Source of the DNA: Rheinheimera sp. | GTDB lineage: Bacteria > Pseudomonadota > Gammaproteobacteria > Enterobacterales > Alteromonadaceae | Reading direction: 5' to 3' | NCBI RefSeq assembly: GCF_965283995.1 | Contig: NZ_CBDIQG010000001.1 | Coordinates: 3,725,858 to 3,789,857 of the forward strand | Length of the DNA stretch: 64,000 nt | Shown here: in pieces, positions 26,862 through 36,004 of the stretch | Layout of the letters: each line of letters begins with the position of its first letter | Numbering within the stretch: the first letter of the stretch is position 1 | The notes under the pieces: model-generated | Seen by the model: only the letters and a program-made list of their open reading frames with translations | Told to the model about the DNA's origin: nothing | The model's database searches: none | Made by a program: the position numbers and the translations under genes

Positions 26862-28139
26862 CTACACTCTTAAACCCCAATCCTCAAATGCCTGCCGCGC
26901 CAGCTGTTCACGAAATTGTGGCGCAGCGATGTCGATCAGCGCCTTGGCGCGCTCGGTCAGGCTGCGGGCGCGTAAGTTGGCGACGCCATATTCGGTGACA
27001 ATATAGTGCGCATGAGCGCGGGTGGTGACGACGCCGGCGCCCGGGCTTAGCAAAGAACTGATTCGTGACACAGTGCCACCGGCGGCGGTGCTTGGCAGCG
27101 CAATGATGGCGCGGCCGCCTTCAGATAAACCGGCGCCGCGGACAAAATCCATCTGACCACCGACACCGGAGTAAATCTTAGTACCCAGTGAATCGGCACA
27201 GATCTGGCCGGATAAATCGACCTGCAGCGCACTGTTGATCGACACCACCTGCGGGTTTTGCCGGATCACGGCGGTGTCGTTGGTGTAAGCCACATCCAAA
27301 AACACCACTTCCGGGTTGTCGTCGACAAAGTCGTACAGCGCCTGGCTGCCCATGGCAAAAGTGGTCACCACTTTGCCCGGATGTTTTTTCTTATTGCGAT
27401 TGTTGATGACGCCTTTGGCCAATAGCGGCAGCACGCCATCGGAGAACATTTCGGTGTGAACGCCAAGGTTCTGCCGGTCGCCAAGGCAAGCCAGCGCCGC
27501 ATCCGGAATAGCACCAATCCCCATTTGCAGGCAGTCGCCGTCACGAATAAGGCTCGCCACATTGGCGCCGATTTGTTGTGTCACCGGATCCTGTTCCGCC
27601 GGCAGATGCAGTGGGATCTGCGATTCCAGTTCGACATAAGCCGCAAAATCCTGCAGGTGGACAAAAGAATCGCCGTGGGTGCGTGGCATGCGCGGATTGA
27701 TTTGGGCAATGACGCGACGGGCGTTTTGCATCGCAGCGCGGGTAGCTTCGACCGACACGCCGAGGCTGCACAGACCGTGTTTATCCGGCGGCGACACCTG
27801 CACAATCGCCGTATCGACGCGTTGCTCTTTGCTTCTGAATAACTTCGGAATTTCTGATAAAAAACACGGCACATAATCGGCAAGACCACAATTCACGGCA
27901 GGGCGGGTCGGGCCACCAACAAAAAACACCCGTTGGCGTAAATGCCCGGCCAGTTCAGGTGCGCACAACGCACCGCTTTTTTCGGTATGCAGGCTCAGCA
28001 ATGTCAGGTTCTGTTTATCACGCGCCACCTGGGCTAAAGCGTCCAGCATGCTGTAAGGGGTGGCAGCCATCGAGTGGCTCCAGATAAATTCATTGTTGCC
28101 AATCAGGTTCAGAGCGGATGCAGCATTGGGATGTTTCAT
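26862..28139 (-). CDS. Acetyl-CoA hydrolase/transferase family protein (4-hydroxybutyrate/acetate CoA-transferase-like)
   Basis: 'LQMGIGAIPDAAL', 'GVHTEMFSDG' and 'YSGVGGQMDFVRGA', characteristic of this family. Confidence 0.85.
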   Translation of the reverse strand: MKHPNAASALNLIGNNEFIWSHSMAATPYSMLDALAQVARDKQNLTLLSLHTEKSGALCAPELAGHLRQRVFFVGGPTRPAVNCGLADYVPCFLSEIPKLFRSKEQRVDTAIVQVSPPDKHGLCSLGVSVEATRAAMQNARRVIAQINPRMPRTHGDSFVHLQDFAAYVELESQIPLHLPAEQDPVTQQIGANVASLIRDGDCLQMGIGAIPDAALACLGDRQNLGVHTEMFSDGVLPLLAKGVINNRNKKKHPGKVVTTFAMGSQALYDFVDDNPEVVFLDVAYTNDTAVIRQNPQVVSINSALQVDLSGQICADSLGTKIYSGVGGQMDFVRGAGLSEGGRAIIALPSTAAGGTVSRISSLLSPGAGVVTTRAHAHYIVTEYGVANLRARSLTERAKALIDIAAPQFREQLARQAFEDWGLRV

Positions 28140-28217
28140 GGTCGGTTCCGTGGCTTAAAGAGCCCATAGTGTAGCGGGTCCACAACGACGGAACTCTGAC
28201 CTTGATCAAGAACCGGC

Positions 28218-29102
28218 TCAGTTAGTTTGCAAGGCCAGCCAAATCCGGGTTTGTGCCTGATGCGCCGGCACGTCGGGGAAAAAACTGACCCGCTCCAGTA
28301 ACAATGGAACATCGGCAGGAACCCAGCCTTTTGCCGGCAACAGTTCGGTATACAAAGCCCGGATGATAGGTTCGAGCTGCGCATCCGGTCCTGTGTGGTC
28401 AAAACGGGCATACAGACCGGCTGGTAGCTCGACATAGCTCAGCTCGGGTGATTGCAATAATTCCGGCTGCACTGTGTTCAGTTGCAGCGCCAGACCAAAC
28501 CGGTATTGGTCCGGAGCGGTATCCTGCGGGTCGTCATAGAGCAGGTTAAAAGTAGCGAAACGGCTCGGGTGCAATTTGTGCGTGCGGCGAAACTCGATAA
28601 AACGCCGGATACTGTTGCCAATACTGGCCGGGTGGCCCTGATGTAGCCATTGTAGTAACAGAGTACCGCTGCGTGTTTCAGCCCGCACCGCTGCGATGGC
28701 CGCAGCAGAAAGTGTCGGTGCGTCTGAAGCTGCGATTTGGTTGAGCTGTTCAGTTTGTTCAGCCCAATACAACCAATCCGGTTGCTGGCGGAACTGCGCC
28801 GGCGCCTGACCTAACCAACGGGCAAAGGCGCGGCTGAAGCTTTCTGCATGCTGATAACCGGCTTCCAGTGCTAATTCAGTCACCGGGGTTTGCCGGTAGG
28901 CCAGCGCTGTCGCAGCGCGCTGCAACTTCAGTAAGCGCTGATAACTCTGTAAGGGCATGCCGCAATAAAACCGGAACTGACGGTGTAAATGCCAGGCAGA
29001 ATAACCGCTCCGCGCACTGAGCTCGGTCAGCGTCAGCGGTTCATCGGCAGCTTCAATCAGGGCCAACAGCTGCGGCAGCAGCGCTAAAAAGGGTTCAGAC
29101 AT
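28218..29102 (-). CDS. AraC-family transcriptional regulator with a C-terminal GyrI-like effector domain (Rob-like architecture)
   Basis: N-terminal dual HTH 'LTELSARSGYSAWHLHRQFRFYCGMPLQSYQRLLKLQRAATAL...LALEAGYQHAESFSRAFARWLGQAPAQFR'. About 170-aa C-terminal domain. Confidence 0.8.
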   Translation of the reverse strand: MSEPFLALLPQLLALIEAADEPLTLTELSARSGYSAWHLHRQFRFYCGMPLQSYQRLLKLQRAATALAYRQTPVTELALEAGYQHAESFSRAFARWLGQAPAQFRQQPDWLYWAEQTEQLNQIAASDAPTLSAAAIAAVRAETRSGTLLLQWLHQGHPASIGNSIRRFIEFRRTHKLHPSRFATFNLLYDDPQDTAPDQYRFGLALQLNTVQPELLQSPELSYVELPAGLYARFDHTGPDAQLEPIIRALYTELLPAKGWVPADVPLLLERVSFFPDVPAHQAQTRIWLALQTN

Positions 29103-29174
29103 CAGTAAGTTCCTTAAACAGAAGTGGCCTTACTGTATCAAAGTCATACCGGTGCTGCCTGACCGTTCTTGCGG

Positions 29175-30473
29175 TCAGGGTTTCAACCGTTCCACCACAG
29201 CCACAAAGTTCGCCACGCCCTGGCCTACGTCGGCGAGGCCTGTGGCAACATCCTGAATATTATGTTGTCCTTGCTCTGCGATGCTACTGACCGCATTCAG
29301 TTGATTGTCGATGGTTTTGATCAGTTCAGCATTGGTATGAACCACCCGGGCTATTTCTGCTGTGGCTTCGGCGGTACGGCCGGCCAATTTGCGTACTTCA
29401 TCGGCGACTACGGCAAAGCCACGGCCAGAATCACCGGCGCGGGCGGCTTCAATGGCAGCATTTAACGCCAGTAAATTTGTTTGTTCGGCTATGGAGCGGA
29501 TGGTCGTGACGATTTCACTGATACTTTTTGCCTGCAGGCTCAGTTCATTGCCATTGATAGTTGCTTGTTGCACCTGCTTGGCAATTTGGACTGATGTCGC
29601 TACGGCATCTTGCAGATTTTGCACTGCGTTGCTGGTGATCTGAGACGTTTGTTCTGATGTGGCACTCGCCATTTCAACTGCTTCTCTGGCGGCATTGACT
29701 CTGGAGCTGATATCCGACGCGAATTTTATGATCTTATAAACCTTGCCTGATTCATCTTTAATAGGGTTGTAGGTCGCTTCCAGCCAAATGCTATGGCAGC
29801 GTGCGTGTTTGCGCTCAAAACGCCCTGAAAATACTTCCCCTTTACTCAGCTTGCTCCAGAAATCCGGATTTTTCCGGTAGAAATCGTCAAAGCAAAACAT
29901 CTTGTGATGCTGGTGAACAATGCTTTCCAGCCGGTACCCGACGGTGTCGAGAAAGTTTTGGTTCGCAGTCAGGATCTGGCCGTCAGGACTGAATTCAATG
30001 ACAGCAAGCGACCGATCTAACGCTTCGAGCACGGCATTTTTTTCACGCAGAGCCAATTGATCCGCTGTGACATCGCAGGCGATTTTAAAAATCTTGCTGA
30101 CTTTCCCGTGGTCATCCTGCACCGGGAAATAGCTCGCTTGCAGGTACAGCACAGTGCCATCTTTACGATGCCGCTTGAAAGTACCGTTTTGTGCTATGCC
30201 GGCAGCCAAATCGCGCCAGAACTGCTGATAGGCAGCGCTTTGGGTATATGCAGCGTCACAAAACATCCGATGATGACGGCCCACCACTTCGGTATATTGA
30301 TAGCCCGTTGCTTCAAGGAATATTTTATTGGCGTCAAGAATATCGCCGTCCGGGCTAAAGCTGATAAATGCTGTATTGCTGCGGATCGCGTTCAGTTCGT
30401 TTTCAAGATTTGCCAGATTAGCGTTAAATAAGGCAGGTTGTGATTCGGACGTTTTGTGTCTAGAAAAAAACAT
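29175..30473 (-). CDS. Soluble methyl-accepting chemotaxis protein with two PAS domains
   Basis: Two PAS-like segments ('[22 protein letters not shown]', '[22 protein letters not shown]') and the MCP signalling hairpin '[37 protein letters not shown]'. No TM helix. Confidence 0.88.
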   Translation of the reverse strand: MFFSRHKTSESQPALFNANLANLENELNAIRSNTAFISFSPDGDILDANKIFLEATGYQYTEVVGRHHRMFCDAAYTQSAAYQQFWRDLAAGIAQNGTFKRHRKDGTVLYLQASYFPVQDDHGKVSKIFKIACDVTADQLALREKNAVLEALDRSLAVIEFSPDGQILTANQNFLDTVGYRLESIVHQHHKMFCFDDFYRKNPDFWSKLSKGEVFSGRFERKHARCHSIWLEATYNPIKDESGKVYKIIKFASDISSRVNAAREAVEMASATSEQTSQITSNAVQNLQDAVATSVQIAKQVQQATINGNELSLQAKSISEIVTTIRSIAEQTNLLALNAAIEAARAGDSGRGFAVVADEVRKLAGRTAEATAEIARVVHTNAELIKTIDNQLNAVSSIAEQGQHNIQDVATGLADVGQGVANFVAVVERLKP

Positions 30474-30829
30474 AATATTCCCTCCAGCGGGGGGCCGCTT
30501 TTTGAAGCATTACAGCGTGCGTATAGTTCCTACGTTGTACTTGCTGTTTGGATCTCAAATTTTTTTGACTCCATCTTGTCACTGCAAAAAAACAGGAACA
30601 GCAATAAATGCAGCGGTTTCTGGAGGCGCCGGAGGGCGCTCTCTGAGGCTGTAGCATTGGGTAATGTATTGATTTGTCTAATGTTGTCCTGCTAATGCCT
30701 ATCGTGCTTTCGCCAATTAGCGATTGTTTGCGACCGATCGCAGGGTCATGCATCGAAAGTGCTGACTCATAAAGATAGTGTTGAATTGGCGACTCGCCAA
30801 AAAGAATTGTTCCTGTTGTTTTACCCGAT

Positions 30830-31669
30830 TCAGTGCACCGACAAACCGAATTTGCGTTTCAGGATCCGGTGTAGCAGGTTGCTCGGTAACACCGCTTTGA
30901 GCAGCGGTAACAACCAACTGCCGCGGCCAACCCGGATGTGTAACTGACGTTGTGGTATTTGCAGTGCCTGTACCAGTTCGCGCGCATACTCAGTGGCGGG
31001 GGTCGGGAAATCCTGCGAGGCACGGGCGCGGCGCCGCACGCCATCGCGATAGGGCCACCAGCTGGAATCTTCGGACAACACCTGTTCAGCCAACTGACTG
31101 GCGCGGTCGGCAAAACCGGTATCGACAGCGCCGGTCACGGCTAATAGCACCTGCACACCCAATGGCTCCAGTTCCATCCGCAGCGCTTCACTAATGGCAT
31201 GCAAGGCGGCTTTCGATGCGCAATAGACGCCGGCAAAAGGCGTGACCAGACTGGCACTGACACTGCCGATATTCAGCACAGTGCCGTGGCTTTGCTGCAG
31301 CAGCGGCAAAGCAGCTTTGGTCATCGCCACCACCGAAAACACATTGGTTTGAAACTGCAGCGCTAAGCGCTCCGGGCTGATATCCAGCACCGGGCCAATA
31401 GCGCCGTAGCCGGCATTGTTGACCAATAAATCGAGCCGGCCTTGCTGGGCCTTGAGCTGCTGGATCATGGCATCAATTTGCAGCTGGTCGTTGACATCTA
31501 GGCCAAACACTGCAAAACCTTCCGCCTGTAATCGCGCCAAGTCACCCGCTTGCCGGGCTGTGGCGAACACCTGATAACCACGGCTTTTCAGCTCCCGTGC
31601 CACAGCCAGACCGATGCCGCCGGAGCAACCGGTAACCAGGGCAATCAAAGGCGAGGGGGCTTGCGACAT
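30830..31669 (-). CDS. Short-chain dehydrogenase/reductase (SDR)
   Basis: Start at ATG 31669 (GGAG upstream). 'ALVTGCSGGIGLAVARELKSRGYQV' (TGxxxGxG), 'NNAG' and 'YCASKAAL' (YxxxK). Confidence 0.88.
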   Translation of the reverse strand: MSQAPSPLIALVTGCSGGIGLAVARELKSRGYQVFATARQAGDLARLQAEGFAVFGLDVNDQLQIDAMIQQLKAQQGRLDLLVNNAGYGAIGPVLDISPERLALQFQTNVFSVVAMTKAALPLLQQSHGTVLNIGSVSASLVTPFAGVYCASKAALHAISEALRMELEPLGVQVLLAVTGAVDTGFADRASQLAEQVLSEDSSWWPYRDGVRRRARASQDFPTPATEYARELVQALQIPQRQLHIRVGRGSWLLPLLKAVLPSNLLHRILKRKFGLSVH

Positions 31670-31790
31670 CAGAGACTCCGGCAGACAAAACATGAACTTC
31701 AGCGTCACCTTAACTGCTTTTTTCATTGACAGGAAGGGCTGTGGCCAGTTATCACAGCGGCGGTAATTAATCAGGTGGTACAGCACAGCG

Positions 31791-33185
31791 ATGCAGAAGA
31801 TTGCGATTGTAGGTGGTGGGTTGGCTGGCGCTGCAGTAGCGATGCAGCTGATTAAACAGGCTGTTAAGCCTTTGTCTTTGGTGATCTTTGACCAATCCGG
31901 CCAGTTTGGCCGCGGGCTGGCATATCAGCCAAGGCAAGTGGCGCATTTGTTGAATGTCGCCGCCGGCAAGATGAGTCTGGACCCGGCGCTGCCGGAAGAC
32001 TTTCTGCAATGGTTGCAGCAGCAACCTCAGTTTGCCGGTGATGAGCGCGCGCTATTGGCACAGGCCTATTTACCCCGGGCTGTGTTTGGCGACTATGTCG
32101 CACAGCGTTGGCAAGAAGCGATGGCGCTGGCCGCACAAAAAGGTCTGCAGGTCAGCCTTCGCCCTGTCACAGTGACGGCGCTTGATTTAGCGGACCGGAC
32201 CGCGCCGCGACTGCAAAGTGCAGGGCAGTGGCAAAGCTATCACCAACTGGTGCTGGCCTGTGGCAATGAATTACCGCGCCATCCGACCGGTTTTGCTGCG
32301 CTTTGCGACCATCCGGCTTATGTCCACAATCCCTGGTCTGACGCCTGGCTGAAAAAACTCAAACCGGACAGCCAAGTCGTGATCCTCGGCAATGGTCTGA
32401 CGATGGTCGATACGTTGTTATCGCTGCGCGCTGCTGGCCTCAAAACACCGGTGCTGTCAGTTTCTCCGCATGGTTATGGCATGTTACCGCACCGCCATCC
32501 GGGTCTGCAGCTGAACCAGTTCAGCCAGGCGTTGCCGCAGCAGGCCAGCCTGCGGCAGTTACTGCGCTTGTTTAACCGGGCGCGTCATCAGGTACGGCGC
32601 TTAGGCGTGTCGGCAGAACCGCTGATTGATGCATTAAGACCGCACACGCAGCGCTACTGGCAGCAGTTCAGTGGCGCAGAAAAAACGCTGTTTATGCGCC
32701 GGCTGCGGCATTTATGGGGCGTGGCGCGCCATCGGGTGCCACTGCATTTACATGACCAGCTGCAGCAACAGCGTTTACATGGCTTACTGGAAGTACATGC
32801 CGGCAAAGTGTTGAGTGTCTGCCCGGCAGGCGAGCAGCTTATACTGCAGATCAATAGCCGGGTGCATCGTGATATGCCGGTGCATGAATTTGATTACAAA
32901 GCAGATTTAGTGCTGAATTGCACCGGGCCAGAGCAGGATTACCGCAATTTGCCGGGCCATCTGCTGCAACAGGCTATCGCAACAGGTGCTTTAGCGGCAG
33001 GGCCGTTGGGCTTAGGCTTGGCGGCGGATGTGGCCAGTTTGCGGGTTAAGAATGCGGCTGGCGCTGTAAAGCCGACAGTTTATGCCATCGGTTCGTTATT
33101 GCGTGGCGAGTTGTGGGAAAGTACTGCACTGCATGAAATTCGCCAGCAAGCCCAGCAGATCGCTGCGGGAATTTTGGCACACTGA
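31791..33185 (+). CDS. FAD/NAD(P)-binding domain protein (function unknown)
   Basis: N-terminal Rossmann motif 'KIAIVGGGLAGAAVAMQL' and a second dinucleotide-type motif 'VVILGNGLTMVD'. Confidence 0.7.
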   Translation: MQKIAIVGGGLAGAAVAMQLIKQAVKPLSLVIFDQSGQFGRGLAYQPRQVAHLLNVAAGKMSLDPALPEDFLQWLQQQPQFAGDERALLAQAYLPRAVFGDYVAQRWQEAMALAAQKGLQVSLRPVTVTALDLADRTAPRLQSAGQWQSYHQLVLACGNELPRHPTGFAALCDHPAYVHNPWSDAWLKKLKPDSQVVILGNGLTMVDTLLSLRAAGLKTPVLSVSPHGYGMLPHRHPGLQLNQFSQALPQQASLRQLLRLFNRARHQVRRLGVSAEPLIDALRPHTQRYWQQFSGAEKTLFMRRLRHLWGVARHRVPLHLHDQLQQQRLHGLLEVHAGKVLSVCPAGEQLILQINSRVHRDMPVHEFDYKADLVLNCTGPEQDYRNLPGHLLQQAIATGALAAGPLGLGLAADVASLRVKNAAGAVKPTVYAIGSLLRGELWESTALHEIRQQAQQIAAGILAH

Positions 33186-33186
33186 C

Positions 33187-33346
33187 GCAATAAAAAAATT
33201 GCCTGGAGCAATTTTTAACAACGCATAGCGTTGGCCTGAAAGGTGAGCGCCATGGACGGGGCGAATAAAAAATTGCCTGGAGCAATTTTTAACAACGCAT
33301 AGCGTTGGCCTGAAAGGTGAGCGCCATGGACGGGGCGAATAAAAAA
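33187..33346. repeat. Perfect tandem duplication of a 74-bp unit (2 copies plus 11 bp of a third), each carrying a terminator-like hairpin
   Basis: The unit 'cgaataaaaaattgcctggagcaatttttaacaacgcatagcgttggcctgaaaggtgagcgccatggacgggg' starts at about 33187 (with one extra A) and 33262. 'cgaataaaaaa' recurs at 33336. The hairpin is 'AAAAATTGC ctgga GCAATTTTT'. Confidence 0.9.
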
Positions 33347-33381
33347 CCGCCTCAGGCTATTAAAGGCCGGGCGGTTTTTTT
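33341..33381. terminator. Bidirectional terminator-like hairpin between convergent genes
   Basis: 'aaaaaaCCGCCtcaGGCtattaaagGCCgGGCGGttttttt'. Confidence 0.55.
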
Positions 33382-33398
33382 ACAGATGTGGCCGTGTC

Positions 33399-33647
33399 TT
33401 AGCGGTAATAAGCTTCGACAGTGCCTTTCATCGTCATCAATAGCGGTTGGCCACGACGGTCCACGGCTTTGCCGGCTGGCACTTTTACCCAGCCTTCGCT
33501 GATGCAGTATTCTTCAACGTCAAAACGTTCTTTGCCATTCAGGCGGATGCCAATGTCATGTTCAAACACGGCTGCATTGTAATGCGGGCTGCGTGGTTGG
33601 ACTGACAGGCGGTCTGGTAATTCCGGGCGAGCGGTGGTGTCGTTCAT
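33399..33647 (-). CDS. DUF3297-family small protein
   Basis: 'PDRLSVQPRSPHYNAAVFEHDIGIRLNGKERFDVEEYCISEGWVKVPAGKAVDRRGQPL' matches the conserved DUF3297 pattern. Start at ATG 33647. Confidence 0.75.
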   Translation of the reverse strand: MNDTTARPELPDRLSVQPRSPHYNAAVFEHDIGIRLNGKERFDVEEYCISEGWVKVPAGKAVDRRGQPLLMTMKGTVEAYYR

Positions 33648-33744
33648 GCTGAGATTCTGTGCAAAAAAAAGAGCGCTATTGTAGGCAATTGCGATGGGAT
33701 GGCTCAAGTGTTAACGGCAGAAATGTCGGGAGGCATTTTTTGAA

Positions 33745-33778
33745 AATCCCGGGCTTTGTGCAAAAAAAGCCCGGGATT
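33745..33778 (-). terminator. Candidate terminator after the 33802..34185 gene
   Basis: 'AATCCCGGGCTTT gtgcaaaa AAAGCCCGGGATT', a 13-bp perfect stem. Confidence 0.5.
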
Positions 33779-33801
33779 ATCTTGATTCAGCGGTGGCCGG
33801 C

Positions 33802-34185
33802 TTAACCCGCAACCTGATTAAACCATTGTTGCTGGCGGCTAGAATCCAGCATTTTCAGCTTCTCTACCGTAGCGTTTGGCAACTTGCGCACTGAACCCTG
33901 TTCAAATTGTTTAATGGCGCTACCCAGTTCAAACACTGGTGTCGTCACAGCGCGTTGTTGTTGCAGGCTGCGGCATTCACGTTGGCTTGGAACGTAGCCC
34001 AGTTTGCCGGCATAAGCGGCCAGTACATTGCGCTGATATTGTGAGGTGCCTTTGGCAGCCAGCTGGCAGTAACCGCTATTGCTGTAGCTATGTTGTTGTT
34101 CTGCAGCATTTGCAGCGCCGATATTCATCAGACCCAGGGCAAACAGGCCGGCCAGCAGTGTTGGAGTGTGAGTCAGCAGTTTCAT
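33802..34185 (-). CDS. Hypothetical secreted protein (127 aa)
   Basis: AAGGAA RBS. Signal peptide 'MKLLTHTPTLLAGLFALGLMNIGAANA'. No family recognised. Confidence 0.6.
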   Translation of the reverse strand: MKLLTHTPTLLAGLFALGLMNIGAANAAEQQHSYSNSGYCQLAAKGTSQYQRNVLAAYAGKLGYVPSQRECRSLQQQRAVTTPVFELGSAIKQFEQGSVRKLPNATVEKLKMLDSSRQQQWFNQVAG

Positions 34186-34366
34186 CCGATTTTCCTTCTG
34201 AGATTTAGGCACAACAGGGATTGGTGTTGGTGCTCGTTCAGCAACGGGCGTCAGATTAATGGTCATGCGTGACAGGGCTATGGCGGAAGCACGAGAAGAA
34301 TTGTGACAGAAGGATTAGATTTATTTATGCATCATGCCTGATGCGGGATTCATGTTGTTCAGTTGG

Positions 34367-34462
34367 TTTGTGCCAAAAGCGGATATTTGATGAACCGTAG
34401 GGGTAGGCCTTGCGCCTACCCGAATTCAGCGGATTGCGGGCGACCGCAAGGGTCGCCCCTAC
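34367..34462. repeat. Compound palindromic REP-like element, copy E (variant core)
   Basis: It shares the leader 'tttgtgccaaaagcggatattt' with copies A and B. The core is 'GTAGGGGTAGGCcttgCGCCTACCC....GCGGGCGACCgcaaGGGTCGCCCCTAC'. Confidence 0.7.
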
Positions 34463-34499
34463 AAGTTTACGAATTTCCGCAATTCGCGCTAAACAGAGA

Positions 34500-35564
34500 T
34501 CAAATCCCTTCGCCTAAAAACACCCGGCTGTAGCGGGGTTTTAACCAGGTGTGCTGGCCGACGGATAACCCCAGCTGTTTAAAGCGGGTTTTATCCAGTT
34601 CGACGTGGATGATTTGGTCGGCGTGTTGCGATTGCAGTTCGAGCCGTACCGTCGGGCCTACGACTGTGATGAGGTCGAGGCGGGCGGCGATGGCGTCGTC
34701 TTCTTTGGCATGCAGCACGTCGATTTCATGTGGGCGCACGTAGGCGAGGCCTGGTTGCTCCAGCTGTTCGGCGGCGGCTGGTAAGTCTGCGCTGCTTGGT
34801 TGCACCAGCTGGTCGCCGTCACGTACCCGGGCGTGGAACAGGTTCACCGTGCCTAAGAATTCGTAAACAAATGGATTGGCCGGATGGTCGTAGACCTGCT
34901 CCGGCGTGCCGTCCTGCTCAACGCGGCCTTTGTTCATCACGACAATCCGATCGGCCACTTCCAGCGCTTCTTCCTGATCGTGTGTAACAAATACCGAGGT
35001 GACATGAATTTCGTCATGCAGCCGGCGCAGCCAGCGGCGCAGTTCCGCACGTACCTTGGCATCCAGCGCGCCAAACGGCTCGTCTAGCAGCAGGACTTTG
35101 GGCTCCACTGCTAAGGCGCGGGCCAGCGCGATGCGCTGACGCTGACCACCGGATAACTGAGATGGATAGCGATCTGCGGTCCAGTCCAGTTGCACCAGCT
35201 CCAGCAGTTTATGCACTTTCTGCTTAATTTCTGTATTGGAAGGGCGGAATTTCTTTGGCTTGACGCTGAGACCAAAACCGACGTTTTCCGCCACTGTCAT
35301 GTGTTTAAACAAGGCGTAATGCTGGAACACAAAACCGACGCCACGTTCACTGACATGGCGGTCGCTGATATCTTCATCATTAAACAAAATACGGCCACTA
35401 TCGGCCTGTTCCAGACCGGCGATCAGGCGCAATAACGTGGTTTTGCCGGAGCCGGATGGGCCGAGCAATGCAGTCAGTTCACCGCTTTTAATCGACAGAC
35501 TGACATCATCAACGGCTTTAAAATCGCCGAAATTTTTTCGCAATTGCTGGACTTCAATACTCAT
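34500..35564 (-). CDS. cysA: Sulfate/thiosulfate ABC transporter ATP-binding protein CysA
   Basis: Start at '[15 protein letters not shown]' (35564). Walker A 'GPSGSGKTT', signature 'LSGGQRQR', Walker B '[11 protein letters not shown]', and a CysA-type C-terminal regulatory domain. Confidence 0.9.
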   Translation of the reverse strand: MSIEVQQLRKNFGDFKAVDDVSLSIKSGELTALLGPSGSGKTTLLRLIAGLEQADSGRILFNDEDISDRHVSERGVGFVFQHYALFKHMTVAENVGFGLSVKPKKFRPSNTEIKQKVHKLLELVQLDWTADRYPSQLSGGQRQRIALARALAVEPKVLLLDEPFGALDAKVRAELRRWLRRLHDEIHVTSVFVTHDQEEALEVADRIVVMNKGRVEQDGTPEQVYDHPANPFVYEFLGTVNLFHARVRDGDQLVQPSSADLPAAAEQLEQPGLAYVRPHEIDVLHAKEDDAIAARLDLITVVGPTVRLELQSQHADQIIHVELDKTRFKQLGLSVGQHTWLKPRYSRVFLGEGI

Positions 35565-35867
35565 AGCTGCCCCGGTGAGGTGGTGGTGTCGTGGCGGTCT
35601 GCTGCGGCATTTGCCTGCCAGGGGCCCAATTCTGCGCGGATTAACGCCTGTTGCAGCCATAAGCTGTAGCGTTGCCACCAGGTCAGTTGAGTCTGTTGCA
35701 TGCAAATCTCCGTTTAGACATCTATATGCCTAATATCTAAGAGCCTGCATTAAAACAGAGCGCATTAATAACTTTAAATACTTTTTCGGAGCAGGATATA
35801 ACTGAAAAGTTATATGAAGGGATTTGGTAAGGAGAACATGGAGCGCGTGTGATGGACGGCGTGTGAC

Positions 35868-35989
35868 GTACGGCGGTCTTTGTTTGGTGAGAACATGTAC
35901 GGCGGCGCTTGCGCTTGCGCGTACCTACGACCCCGATAAGTTCGTAGGTATCGGCAAGCGCAGCGCCGCCGTACGATAGTCGCCGTACA
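35868..35989. repeat. REP/BIME-like palindromic element, copy D
   Basis: 'GTACGGCGG..GTACGGCGGCGCTTGCGCTTGCGCGTACCTAC..GTAGGTATCGGCAAGCGCAGCGCCGCCGTACgatagtCGCCGTACA'. Confidence 0.8.
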
Positions 35990-36004
35990 ACAATTGTGTA
36001 ACGA

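Noticed and set aside
33187-33346. Tandem 74-bp repeats, and the 96-bp coding repeats at 981-1712, 5282-5800 and 9545-9958, as CRISPR arrays
   Set aside because: There are no unique spacers between the repeats. The 96-bp units are in-frame protein repeats, the 74-bp units are directly abutting, and no cas genes are present.
35565-35705. 47-codon N-terminal extension of the cysA ORF
   Set aside because: The homology-type start 'MSIEV..' (as in E. coli CysA 'MSIEI..') is at 35564 with a purine-rich RBS. The extension is Arg/Pro/His-rich and unlike ABC ATPases.
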